64,000 bases of DNA from positions 8,184,001 to 8,248,000 of the forward strand of contig NC_073410.1 in assembly GCF_028641065.1 (NCBI RefSeq), read 5' to 3'. The position numbers and the translations under genes were made by a program. Below are positions 51,376 to 64,000 of this stretch, one piece after another. Within the stretch, counting starts at the first letter, position 1, and every line of letters begins with the position of its first letter. The notes beneath the pieces were generated by a model. That model saw nothing but the letters and a program-made list of their open reading frames with translations. It was not told the origin of the DNA and ran no database searches. The DNA comes from Leucoraja erinacea. Taxonomy: Eukaryota.

Positions 51376-52538
51376 TGGGATACGAGGTGCTATTCTTCTC
51401 CGTTTGTGTGTGACCTCACTCTGGCAATACAGGAGGACAAGGACTATGTTGTCTATAACAAGGTCGTTACGGAATTTGGAGTTAAACTGTTCTTAGAAAG
51501 AACCTCGCTTAATCTATAAATTGAAAGGGACATAAGTTTTTGGCCTGTGATGATGGGGCAATGTAATTTGCATTGGGAGTTTAGGTGACCCAACAATTTA
51601 CAAGGGCAGTAGCCGCATACTTGAAGTTATGTCACACCCAACTAGCTGTCGAGAGGGCTACGTCGTTGCAGCTGACACTAGACTTTCAAAATGTTTTAGC
51701 ACAATAAGTGATTTAGAGGAAGATGGAAAAGTGCATCCAGAGGTTCTTCATGACTACTTGGAAAAACAAAGCAGATCTCTACAAATTTGTGGGAACTCTG
51801 GCCTAAAATTGTTCAAAACAGGAGTCAGACGTTATGGGGAGAAGGCAGGAGAATGGGGTTCGGATGGAGATGTAGATCAGCCACGAGTGAATGGTGGAGT
51901 AGATTTGATGGGCTGAATGGCCTATTTCTACTATCACTTATGATCTTATGAAAATTGTGAAAAAAGCATCCAGCTGGCACTGTACAAACAGAAGCAACAC
52001 ACCAAGCAATCCTTGCACCATCCCGATTAAGAACCAGCAACCCACCTATGGATCATGCATTAGTTGCAACAGTGATGTCAGTAACCACATGAATGGATAA
52101 AACTCATCCTTGACCCTGAAGGTCTGCCTATGAAGGAAGGTGGAAACTTAAAGATGCTTTCTTTGGCCTTGTCATCTGAGTAGTAAAGTGAATGGTAGTA
52201 ACTGTACAACTTTCAAAACAGATTAATCTTCATAATTTACAGTGCCAGCTTGCAAACATGTTCTTTTGAACTCGAAGGAACAGCAAAGAATCCACATTGA
52301 ATTATTATCAATGGATGTTGTTGTATATCCTATTTGAAGTAAATTTAAATGATTCTCTTGGTATGCAGCAAGCCATTTGGTTTATTGCCGTTAATGGAGA
52401 AATGGGCAGTGGTGTTAAATTTTTTGGATATCTTTGAAAGTGATATTGGAATAATATATAATGAATAAAATCCTTATTTTGGGGGTTTTCTTGCCAATTT
52501 ATAACCTTGATTTTTCTTCTTGTTGCAGATTCATCACT

Positions 52539-52634
52539 ATGATCGATAAAGGCATTTATATTGTGCAAGGTGAAATAAATAGTGTTGTTGGTGCCATTAA
52601 GCGAAATTCAAGATGGACTACACATACTCCATTG
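52539..52634 (+). CDS. GBF1: GBF1 first coding exon (exon begins 52529)
   Basis: ttgcag acceptor, MIDKGIYIVQGEINSVVGAIKRNSRWTTHTPL, GTAAGT donor; matches GBF1 N-terminus (MVDKNIYIIQGEI...RWSTHTPL). Confidence 0.96.
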
Positions 52635-53876
52635 GTAAGTTGTAGTATTTTTTTTACTGCTCTCATAACTCATAAAAACAAAATGCACAAAGCTGTGCAC
52701 TGTTGCAATCAGTGTGGACTGCTTTGGTGCTTATCCATTAATCTGATTTTAGGGTTGGCATTAGATTTGTTCTTGTCTGCTACTGATTGTCTTGGGATTG
52801 TTTGAGTCATAACTTTAGGTCTTTATGTAAAAAGTTGTGTCATGCTTGAATGGTCTGGTAGGCATTGCTGATCTGCTCTCAAGTCATTGACCTTAGAAAA
52901 GGCAGGACCATACATTAGAACCATACTTTATGATTTACCCTTTGTGAGAAAGATTTTTGTGAACTGTGTAATTTATTCCCAAAGTTGCATTTGAGCTCAA
53001 AAAAATCATGTACCACCATATCATTAGTAGGATGAGTGGAATTTGAACCAGGAATAGTTTTTTTTTTGTTTTCTCTTCTTGCCCAGTCCCATACGATCTC
53101 TATGTACTGTCCTATGCTAGGTGAATTTAGTAATGTAGTTCTCAACCATCCGGCATGACCAAAGAAGTAAAAATCTCTCACTTCCACCATCTGCTAACCC
53201 ATGCTCTTTAAACTTCAGAAAGAACCCCCAAACTGATCATCTATTTAGATTATGTTGTTCTTACAGTGCCCTCCATAATGTTTGGGATGAAGACCCATCA
53301 TTTATTTATTTGCCTCTGAGCTCCACAATTTGAGATTTGTAATGGGGGAAAAAAATCACGTGGTTAAAATGCACATTGTCAGATTTTAATAAAGGCCATT
53401 TTTATACATTAGAAATGACAGCAATATTTATACATAGTACCCCCATTTCAGGGCACCATAATGTTTGGAACACAGCAATGTCATGTAAATGAAAGTAGTC
53501 ATGTTTACAGTTTTGTTGCCTGCCTTTGCATGCAATGACTGCTTAAAATCTGCGATTCACAGACATCACCAGTTGCTGGGTGTCTTCTCTGGTGATGCTC
53601 TGCCAAGCCTTTATTGCAGCCACCTTTAGATTATGCTTGTTTTGGCGACTACCCTTCAGTTTTCTCTTCAGCATATAAAAGGCGTGCTCAATTGGGTCCA
53701 GATCAAGCGATTGACTTGGTCACTCAAGAATTGACCATTTTTTAGCTTTGAAAAACTCCTATGTTGCTTTAGCAGTCTTTTTCGAATCATTGACTTGCTG
53801 TAGAATGAACCGCCGACCAATGAGTTTTGAGGCATTTTTCTGAACTTGAGCAGATAGGATGTGTCTATACACATCA

Positions 53877-54131
53877 TCTCATCATACCATCGCCCGGTGG
53901 GGAATTGCCTCAGCGCAGAGGGAGCGGAGGGAGAGACTACAACCCTAAGATTTTTGCCTCCACCACAGTGAGGAGGTGTTTGGAGGACTCACTGTGGTGG
54001 AAGTTAATTTGTGTTTATTGTTGTTATTATTGTATCATTGTATGTATGACTGCAGGCACGAAATTTCGTTCAGACCGTAAGGTCTGAATGACAATAAAGG
54101 AAATTCAATTCAATTCAATTCAATTCAATTC
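53877..54131 (+). mobile_element. Non-LTR retroelement 3' fragment with (AATTC)n tail, nested in Tc1
   Basis: Interrupts Tc1; hairpin TTCAGACCGTAAGGTCTGAA, AATAAA, then (AATTC)n. Confidence 0.65.
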
Positions 54132-54680
54132 ATTATGCTACTACCTTCAGCAGTTGTATCATCAATGAAGATAAGTGAGCCAGTACCTTCAGCAGCCATA
54201 CATGCCCAGGCCATAACACCCCCACCACTGTGTTTCACAGATGAGGTGGTGTGCTCTGGATCTTGGGCAGTTCCTTCTCTCCTCCATACTTTGCTCTTGT
54301 CATCACTCTGATATGTTAATCTTCGTCTCATCTGTCCACAAGACCTTTTTCCAGAACTGTGGTTGCTCTGTTAAGTACTTCTTGGCAAACTGTAACCTGG
54401 CCATCCTATTTTTGCAGCTAACCAGTGGTTTGCAACTTGCAGCGTAGCCTTTGTATTTCTGTTCTTGAAGCCTTCTGTGGACAGTGGCCATGGACAAATC
54501 CACTCCTGAAGAGTGTTTCTGATCTGTCGGACAGGTGTTTGAGGATTTTTCTTTATTATAGAGAATTCTTCTGTCATCAGCTGTGGAGGTCTTCCTTGGC
54601 CTGCCAGTCCCTTTGCTATTAGTAAGCTCACCAGTGTCTCTTTCTTCTTAATGATGTTCCAAACAGTTGATTTTGGTAAG

Positions 54681-56224
54681 ACTTGTTGCGTGTCGGCGAC
54701 AACATGGAAAAGTTGGAGAACAGAAGATGGCAGACTTGCCTCTGGAGAGGATTCTACCTGAATATTTAACACCTGAAAGAAAAGCCTCCATTTACAGACG
54801 TGGGAGTGGATTATTTTGGTACTATAGAGGTGAAGAGAGGATGAAGCCTTGTAAAAAGGTACGGTGCAATCTTCACTTGCATGGCAAGTAGAGCAGTTCA
54901 TCTTGAAGTTGCATCCACACTTGACACAGACTCCTGCATTCATGCATTACGGAGATTTATCTGTCGACGAGGTAAAGTTTCATCGTTAAGATCAGATAAT
55001 GGTTCGAATTTTGTTGGAGCTGAAAGAGAATGAAAAGAAGCATTTTAAAGGCTTAAATCAGGATAAGATCCAGAATGCTATGCTTCAACAAGGGATAAGA
55101 TGGAACTTGAATCCTCCAACGGCTTCTCATCATGGCGGTGTATGGGAACGGTTGATCTGCATGGTTCGAAATGTGCTACGCTCTGTTCTTAAACTACAAG
55201 ATCTGGACGATGAAGGATGACAAACTTTATTCTGTGAAGTTGAAGCAATTTAAATGATCGACCTATTACTAAGAGTTCTGATGATCCAAACGACCTGGAA
55301 GCGCTTGCACCAAATCATATTCTTCTGTTGAAGACCAATCCAATACTACCACCTGGACTCTGTGTAAGAAGATTTGTATATAAAATGCAGATGGAGACAA
55401 GATCTTTTTTGGAAGAGATGGACAGAAGAATATTTGCCTCTGATCCAAGAGCGAGAACGATGGTCGAATGTTAGAAGAAATTTTGTCCCAGGTGATATTG
55501 TTTTGGTGGTTGATTCTACTGCATCACGAAGGTTCTTGGTTGATGGGAAGGATACTGGAGATCATGCCTGACGTTAAGGGTTTGGTGCGCACAGTACGAC
55601 TTCAGACTAAGCACGATATTTTAATAAGACCAATAACCAAGTTATGCTTGCTTCTAGAAGGTGAAGATGGAAGAATCGCTAAAGAAGTTTGAATGCTGAT
55701 ATGTAATGCATGTTATTTTTAGTTTTTTGATATATGTTAAGCTTTTATAGCTTTTTTAAAAAATGTCTATTAGTAATTGCCTCGTTATATACCAGCCCCT
55801 AATTGCTCTGTATGTAGTAGCCATTTATCTTAACTTCGTATGTTATAACTATAACCAGTTACCTTTAAATTTTATCTGCCTGTAATTATGTGGGTGGGAT
55901 TTATACATAGTCTGAGGCGTGTTTGCGGCAGGGATTCTCACGCATACTCCCCAGTAGTTTAGTTTGAAGAAGCATGGGGGAGAGGTCAGTTTTTGACCAT
56001 GCTTGAATTGAAATGTACTTGTGCTAGAAGAAGTTTGGATGAATATCTTACTGTTTTTGCGACTACAATAAAGAAACTATTAATCAAGAGACTGTGTTTG
56101 GAAGATTTATCTTTCGAAGGCATTGAGAGCTTGTGGGTGCGTATCGATTATCTTCTGATCCCCTGTCTTCAATTAGTGACTAAAGGACTAAATCCTTGAA
56201 AAGATATAAAAATCTGACACTACA
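54681..56224 (+). mobile_element. BEL/Pao LTR retrotransposon 3' fragment (integrase plus 3' LTR)
   Basis: [88 protein letters not shown] (frameshifted); LTR TGTAG 55813 to CTACA 56224. Confidence 0.9.
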
Positions 56225-58568
56225 ACTACCATCAGCAGTTGGATCATCAATGAAGATAAGTGCCTTCAGCAGCCATACATGCCCAGGCCATATCCCCGCC
56301 GCCATGTTTCACAGATGAGGTGGTGTGTTTTGGATCTTGAGCAGTTCCTTCTCTCCTCCATATTTTACTCTTCCCCTCACTCTGATATGTTGATCTTCAT
56401 TTCATCTGTCCACAAGATCTTGTCACAGAACTGTGGTAGCTCTGTTAAGTACTTCTTGGCAAACTGTAACCTGGCCATCCTATTTTTGCAGCTAACCAGT
56501 GGTTTGCAAGTTGCTGCGTAGCCTCTATTTCTGTTCATGTCTACGAAGCGTGGTCATTGACAAATCCACACTTGACTCCTGAAGAATGTTTCTGATCTGT
56601 TGGACAGGTGTTTGGGGATTTTTCTTTATAGAGAGAATTCTTCTGTCATCAGCTGTGGAGGTCTTCCTTGGCCTGCCAGTCCTTTTGCGATTAATACGCT
56701 CACCAGTGCTCTCTTTCTTCTTAATGATGTTCCAAACAGTTGATTTTGGTAAGCCTAAGATTTGGCTGATGTCTCTCTAACAGATTTGTTCTGGTTTCTC
56801 GGTCTCATAATGGTTTCTTTGACTTTCACAACTTTGGTTCTCATGTTGATAAACAGTAATAAAATATTCCAAAGGTGATGGAAAGATTGGAGGAAAGACT
56901 AGGTGCTGAGAGATCTCTTGTACCTGCATTAAGGAGGCATTTAAACATGCCTGAGCATTGACAAACACTTGTGAAGCTATGTGTCCCAAATATTATGGCC
57001 CCCTAAAATGGGGGGAACAATGTATAAACACAGCTGTAATTTCTTCTTGGTGAAACCAAAATGAATAAAAATACCCTTTAATAAAATCTGACAATGTGCA
57101 GTTTAACCACATGTGAATTTCTTTCTTTTGTTTTCTTTTCTATTACAAATCTCAAATTGTGGAGTACAGAGGCAAATAAATAAATGTTGGGTCTTTGTCC
57201 CAAACATTATGGAGGCCACTGTATTTAAGTTCAGAGTTGTATGACAATTTAAATTTATTTTGATATATTTATTCTATTTCCTTAATGGCCATATACTTTG
57301 ACTTGGTGCTGGGTAGTAGTGGAGAATAATTAATGTACTGTAACTGTAATAACATTGTCCAGCTGTGAGCAGCAATCTGTTTATTTAACACCTGAAAGAA
57401 AAGGCATCATCAGGGTGGTCCCTCATTTTTTTTATTTAAACACAACACTTGCTGCCCATCATCCCTTTTTCTCCCACTGCCTTCCATTCTTTCTGAAGGG
57501 TACTGATGTCTGGGATTGTTGCACAGGTGTTGGCCATTATTGGATATTTCATTTAAACAAACTATTCATCATGAGCTCAGACAATAAAGGCCATAAAAGT
57601 TGTGACTGAGCCCATGTGCAATGACATTGAATCTTTACAACAGAAACAATGTGATAGAATAGTATTTTCTGCTTCTTGCTGGATCCTGGGGCTGTGGTCA
57701 CTTTTGCTGTCCTTAATGTTGTCTGAGGTTTTCATGGAAAGCTTTTCATTGGGTTGAGAGAGAGTTTTAGTTTCTATGGGTACTTGTACATCGTTGTTAA
57801 TTCAGGAACCAATGCTTATTTATTTGCTAACACACTCCATTTGACTGTTAGTTAAATTATATTTATATATTCAGAAGGATGTCTTGGGAGAGGATGGAGA
57901 ATCCCTTTATATTGGCACATTTTACTTGTATGTCACATTGCTGGTACAGTTGGAAGGTGCAAGCTTTTACTATCGTTTATGCGGACTATGTAGCAATTAT
58001 GATCATAGCAGTGGAAGATGAAAAGAGAAACTACATGCTTCCAAACTGAAAGAGGAAAATATATTGTCAGATATTTGATCACCAAATCAGGATGAATGGA
58101 AAGTGCTGGTAATATTGTAAGTGGTTCCTGTGTGACCATTTCAAAGCTTGACAAACTGATGTGAGCTGGATGAGACTTGAGTGGATGTGACTGGTGCAAA
58201 CAAAATGATTGATTCCTCTGATTTGGATTGACCATGGCCAGGTTGGGAATTAATTTTTATATAAGTAGACTTTGAGAAGTTCTTTTAGCTTGTCTTTAAA
58301 AATAAAAAGTACATATAATATGTATGGCTAAATGACTTGCATGGTTTAGAAATTACTACCATCAACCCAATCATGCGTTTTGTCTCTGATTTTGTTTTCC
58401 CAGTAAAGATAACTTCATCTGGTCTCGTGTGTTCTTTTTGGACAGTCACACGTTATGCAAAAACAATGCTATTTTGTTTCTAAGCCAACCTGTCTAGCTC
58501 TTTGCTCCTGCCTTCTATTTTTTTTTTTTTTTTTACTGCTTTGTTTTCCATTTCTTTTGCTGCTGCAG

Positions 58569-58610
58569 ACTGTATTTCTGGGAGAGAGCAAAACAACAAG
58601 GCCGTATCAG
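58569..58610 (+). CDS. Candidate 42-nt in-frame GBF1 cassette exon
   Basis: Long T-rich tract, TGCTGCTGCAG acceptor, CAG|GTATGT donor, phase 0/0, TVFLGESKTTRPYQ without stop. Confidence 0.45.
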
Positions 58611-59379
58611 GTATGTCATAGTAGTTTTACTGTGATGTATCTGCTGCGTGCTTGTTACTTAAGTGTAGCATCAGGTGGGTGCCAGATATTTGATGTAAAA
58701 TTGCTTGTATGTTGCACTCCTATGTTCATGACTGCAAGCTGTTGTGCAATGTCTACGTTGTGGACCATTTTGAAATTTAGACTTTTTTTGTTGGAAGATG
58801 TGTTGAGCAAGCATGTTAAAACATGTTGACTGATAGAAATGGAATGTGGAACTTGTGTTTGCTGGGGTGTAAAAATGGTTTTGGGAAATTTGAATAGTTC
58901 TTTACTCATTTTGTATCTCTCAAAATGGTAACAATCCTGATTGTTCAATATTTTTCCAACATCCATTTTTTAACCTCTGATAAAAGAAATTATTTGAAAT
59001 CATTTTCACTACCTTTTGTGTGAGTGAGTTCAAATAGATTGGTTAAAAATAAATAATAGAGACAAAAAAATGTCTTGCTCCATTTTTGACATTCATCCTG
59101 GTTGGACAATCCAGCATTTTGGAATCCCTAGTTGCAGTTTTGTTTTTAAAAAAAAGCAGACTATGAAACATCTGTGGCATTGACAGCCAGACATCATGAT
59201 CAGAAACCCATTCTGTGAATGAGCCATTGTCCACAGAAGATAATAGATTTTATTTCTTTGTGACTGATTTAAAATTTGCTGACGTTACCATGCAGTACAG
59301 TCTTTGGCTTGTATACTATTCACTTTGAACTAGGATTTACTGTATCCAGGAAAAAGTCTCAAGTGGAAACTAGTGTAAA

Positions 59380-60000
59380 AAATTATAGAGCTAAATGGCA
59401 CAGAAACTGACCTTTGGCCCAAATCATACACGACGACCAAGTTGACTAACCAAGCTAGTCTCACTTGCTTGTGCCTGGCCCATATCCCTTCAAACCTTCC
59501 CTTTTCATGGCTGTCCAAGTATTGTTTGAATTTCATAATTGTACCTCCCCCTACCACTCCCTCAGGCAGCACGTTCCATACTATTGCCATCCTCCTGTGA
59601 GAAAGGTGCCGCTCACACCCTTTTTAAATCTTTCCACTCTTACCTTAAACCAATGTCCTCTAGTTTTAGAATCCACTACCCTGGAGAAAAGACTGTGGTT
59701 ATCTACCTTGTATATACCCCTTGTGGTTTTGGAAACTTCTATATTAATCATCACTCAACCTGCTATGCTCCAGAGGAAAAAAGACCTAGTCTCCCTGAGT
59801 AACTCAATCCTGTCAAATCAGGCAACATCCTCATAAGTCTCCTCTGCACTCTTTCTGGTTTAAAGACATCCTTCCTATAGCAGAGTGATCAGAACTGCAT
59901 AGAGTAAATGCAAATGTAGGCGTAACAACATACTCTAAGCTGTAACATGGCACCCCAACTCATGTACTTGATACACTGTCTGATGAAAGCAAGCGTGCCA
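59380..60000 (-). mobile_element. Diverged CR1-clade LINE 3' portion
   Basis: IVWNVLPEGVVGGGTIMKFKQYLD; CR1 tail motifs. Confidence 0.8.
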
Positions 60001-60119
60001 AAAAACACTCCACAGGGCTCTATAATTTACTGTCAGGCCAGTGCATCTTCTTTCAATGGGCAAGAAAGCACACAAATGCCTCTACTTCCTTCGAAGGCTT
60101 CGGAAATTTGGCATGTCCC

Positions 60120-60682
60120 CAACAACTCTCACTGACTTCTATATATGCACCGTAGAAATCATTTTAGCGGGATGCACAGTTTGAGAACAATTTGAGAACG
60201 GTTCCATGTAAGACTTCAAGAAATTGCAGAGAATGGTGGACGTATCCCAGACCATCAAACAGACCAATCTCTCCTCCATTTACACCTAATGCTGCCTCAT
60301 CAAGGTCACCAGCATAATCTAGGATGTCACACCCCGGCCACTCTCCTCTCCGCTTCCATCAGGCCAGAGGTATAGAAGTGAGAAAATGCACACCTCCAGC
60401 TTCAGGGATAGTTCTTTCCCAGCTGTTAGGAGGCAACTGAACCATCCTATCAACAATGAGAGAGCAGTCCTGAACTACCATCCACCTCATTGGAGACCCT
60501 CGGATTATCTTTAATTGAACTTAACTGGACTTTATCTTGCAATAAACTTATTCCCCTTGCCTCCATACATTGTGGATGGTTCGATTGTAATCATGTATTG
60601 TCTTTCTGCTGACTGGTTTGCATGAAACAAAAGTTTTTCACTGTACTTCTGTACATGTGACAATAAACTAAGCTGAACTAAA
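60120..60682 (+). mobile_element. Rex1/Babar-type LINE 3' end
   Basis: Degenerate FYICTVEIIL...KKLQRMVD...LPSGQRYRS...FRDSSFPAV; tail TTTCACTGTAC...GTGACAATAAACTAA. Confidence 0.8.
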
Positions 60683-60778
60683 CATTTATTGGTTTTAATA
60701 TATCTTTGCAGTTAATGCTCTTAACTTGGGAGTAAATGTTTATAATTTACATTGTTCTACTATCTGATTTTACTTCAG

Positions 60779-60845
60779 GAAGAAGAGCAAGACCCGCTTC
60801 TAAATTGTTTCAACCATCTTAAAGAAGTGCTGAACCATATAACAG
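60779..60845 (+). CDS. GBF1: GBF1 second coding exon (gene continues beyond window)
   Basis: ttcag acceptor, EEEQDPLLNCFNHLKEVLNHIT, 67 nt, GT donor; matches DEERDPLLHSFGHLKEVLNSIT. Confidence 0.95.
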
Positions 60846-61699
60846 GTACCAACTAATTTGTTGCTGTATAATACACTGTCATTTATTTTCAAGTAGGCCA
60901 TTTGAAATATTTGACACCATGTGATGTAACCTAACTTTCCTAGTTCAGAACATCAGTATTTTTATAAAGAATTTAAGTGTAGGTAAAATAAATTATTTGA
61001 CAGAGGTATACTAGTAAACAAAGGTGCCTTTCAAGTAACTAAATAAATGTAGAAAATACTGGAAATACTCAGCAAGTCCAACAGAATCTGTGGAGAGAAA
61101 CAGTTTCCTTTCCAGGTTGGTTAATTTTTATCAGAACTGGAGAAAGTTAGAAATCAAACATGCAGAGAACTAGGAGACTCCTTGAAGAATATAGATAGTA
61201 CCAGAGAGTAAATGGGAATTGGAAGAGACTGCTGGAAATGAGTCGCAAACCATTTCAGTTACTGGAAATCTGAAATGCATGACATTTCTGGTAATGACAG
61301 AAGGTCACACAGCATGTGTTTACAGATAATTTTACAGATTGACCTGGCAATGAAACTTCTGATCTGTTACAGACTGGAAAGTCTGATTATTTGAAATTAA
61401 ATGGTTAAATAATGCCAAATCGTGAGAGCTGTTGCATGTAATTTTGACATATGGTGTGGTGTTCCTTGAGCTCACATGAGGCTTTGTTGGAACAGTGTAA
61501 GAGGTCAAACACTAAGGTCATTGTGGGCAGGAGAAATGTTAAAGAAAGCTAGAAATCCAGGGTCAACCCAGCAGAGTTATTGGAAGTGTCCATTTTTTTA
61601 GTTTACTGGTGCTACTTCTTGCTCTTGTATAGATCTCAAACATTTCAAAAAATTTGCCACCAGATTTTTAAATGCTTGACGATCTTAATATATAGGAGA

Positions 61700-61985
61700 C
61701 GAATTAGGCAATTCAATCATGACAGATCTATTTTTTCCTCTCAACCCCATTCTCCCTGTATCATTTTAAACCCTTGCTAATGAAGAACCTATAAATTTCC
61801 ACTTTTAAAATACCCAAAGTCTAGGCCTCCTCCACCATCGTCTGTGGCAATGAATTCCACAGATTCACCAGTCTCTGGCTAAAGATATTTCTCCTCAACT
61901 ACATTCCTAAGGTACTTCCTTTTATTCTGAGGTTGTGCCCTCTGGTTCTAGACTCTCCCGTTACTGAAAACAGTCTTTCCAAATC
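61700..61985 (-). mobile_element. CR1-clade LINE 3' end
   Basis: DLERLFSVTGESRTRGHNLRIKG. Confidence 0.85.
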
Positions 61986-64000
61986 CAATGACGCCTTCCA
62001 TTCGTGCTCTGTTGTCTTCCTGATTCCTTTCGACTGTGGTTGATAGGACTTTGAAGAATGCCTGTTCCTTTTCCCATATTTCAACTCTCGCCCCTTCTGC
62101 TCAACATGGTTAGAATTTCCCACGTCCATCCTTTACCCCCTCCACACGCAGGCTGTACTCTCAATATAATTTCAACCATCTCCCTGTGTTGTCTCACATT
62201 AGCCATACAAAACAGAGGTGGGGTGGCTGCTGTTCAGAATCTTTCTATTAAGTCTGCAAGGGTGATACAGAGGCTCCAGTTGCCTTCCACCTTAATCATC
62301 CATTGCACTGCACTCTCCCTCTGAGTTTACCCTATTACAATGTTATAAAAAAGGAAGCATTTCCATTACACAGGTTATGGCACTCAGGATAACATTTGAA
62401 TTTAGCAATTGAAAAGCAAAAACCTGCATTTGTGAATATTGGAAATGTTCAGCATCAGGCAGTATGCAGGGTGAGAAATAGAGTTGCTGTTTCAGGTCAA
62501 TGACCATAGTTTTGATGAAAACTCATTATACTGCAACATCAGCCATGCCTGTCATTCCCTAGGTACGACCTAACCTCCTAGCATTGCCTGTTTTATGTCA
62601 AATTTATAGCAACTTTAGCAGTGCTTTGTATCTAATTGTTAACGTTGTCCCAGTATTGTATCTGCAGCATGTTCTTTGTAGAATAAAAGGTGTCAATTTA
62701 CATATCGTTGTCCCTGTTGATGTCTATGGCGGATCGTTATCCTACAAATTGTTTAAGCTGTTTAGGAGCCTGACGACCTAACCTAATTAACACATTTCAT
62801 TTTAGTAATATTTTTTATTATAAAACTGATAGCATTTGAAAGTCTAGTTTTTAAAATATGTCGAGGTGCTTCCACACTATTCTGGCATGCACCGTTACAA
62901 AACAAGCACTGCTTATCTTTTTCCCGTCCTTTGTTCTTATTCTTCTACCATTTATATTGCTTTGAGGCAGACGGTGTACAGAACCCTCCCTCAGCCAGCA
63001 CCACCATCACTGAGCATTCAATATATCTTGGCATATCTGTGATAGGGAAGAGATGCTTTGTTGTCTTCACCCTCCCAATTCCCAATCCTGATGGAAGATC
63101 ATTGATCTGAGATGTTAATGTGATCTTTTTTTCCCTCATAGATGTTGCAATGTATCTAGTATTTTCTATTTTTCGTTTGGATTTTTTTAGTTTTTTTTTC
63201 CCCATGATAATTAATTTGCAATCACTTCATGTTCATCACAACATGTTATCCATTGCATTGATGATTAAAGGATGATAATAACAGGTCTTTTTTGATCTGA
63301 CAAGCTTCAGCTATTTAGATACCACAATAGAAGTGGAAACTAACAATTTGCATCGTGAAATTGAATGCAGTCTTCCTAAATGTTTGATTACATAGAGCAA
63401 GGTGGAGAGAAATCAAGGAAATGGCATTGAAATATGGATACATTTTAGCAAATGGTAACTTTTAAGATTTTCGCGTACTATATTATGCATTTCTTGAAGG
63501 TTATCAAGTGTGCCTTTTGCGATTAAGGACTTTGTGAAGAACCAGACCTATATTCCCTCATTTAGGTTATCTGCGTAAAATATTTATAGGGTTGACAGTT
63601 TAGCTGCACGAAGGTGTGTATTGGGGGGTAGAGTATTAGAATCACCTATTTGCTATAGTGAGTGCTGAGCATAAATTTCTTCAGAGTTGACCATCCTTGC
63701 CATACTCAACCATTATGCATATTGGAAACAGTAAGTAATAGATTTTGGGTTACCAAGGGAATAAAGGGTATGAATGCAAACGCTGAATGGCTTACTGCTA
63801 TGCCTATTTCATACATTCGTAGCAGTCAACATTTGATAAAGATTTTTTTTCAGCAAATAAATGTTATGATTTTAATGTACTTTTATATAGCATGTTGGTC
63901 AAGTTAATATTCTCTTGAAGGTTTGGTCTTTTTTAAGCTTGGTAGAATATATGCAATAAATTTTTCTAATCCTATGAGCCGCATTGTAATAAATTCCAAC

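Larger units (their letters stand above)
53264..57221 (-). mobile_element. Composite Tc1-type transposon with long IR/DR termini and nested insertions
   Basis: TA|CAGTGCCCTCCATAATGTTTGGGA ... TCCCAAACATTATGGAGGCCACTG|TA; ~210-bp inverted ends; transposase motifs FWKKVLWTDETKIN, VKHSGGGVMAWACM. Confidence 0.9.

Noticed and set aside
51430-51825. Unassigned segment between Tc1 and CR1 tail with a 95-aa ORF
   Set aside because: No recognisable motif; likely another repeat fragment.
49352-52528. Muscle-specific Pitx3 exon inside the GBF1 intron
   Set aside because: Only scattered E-boxes seen; cannot be located from sequence alone.

Overview
Vertebrate nuclear DNA, most likely from a cartilaginous fish (skate/ray-like; inferred from the repeat landscape, not proven). 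It holds a complete Pitx3 gene on the minus strand (3 coding exons, 298 aa, K50 homeodomain plus OAR motif). Head-to-head with it lies the 5' end of GBF1 on the plus strand (CpG-island non-coding exon 1 and two coding exons), the known PITX3-GBF1 arrangement. The rest is a dense mosaic of mobile DNA: Penelope-like element (PLE) remnants, CR1 and Rex1 LINE fragments, tRNA-derived SINEs, PIF/Harbinger-type MITEs, Tc1 elements and a BEL/Pao fragment. Two N-gaps lie in Pitx3 introns. The most interesting signals are: (1) an abundant family of short, often palindromic PLE-derived inserts carrying minimal hammerhead ribozyme motifs, with one intact copy at 11111-11150, 10-20 bp target-site-like duplications and capture of local host DNA; (2) a candidate in-frame 42-nt cassette exon in GBF1; (3) a candidate terminal exon of an unidentified gene encoding CxGxxC plus a very basic tail; (4) a Maf/Sox/Pitx motif cluster 3' of Pitx3. 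Repeat boundaries are approximate; exon boundaries were counted by hand.
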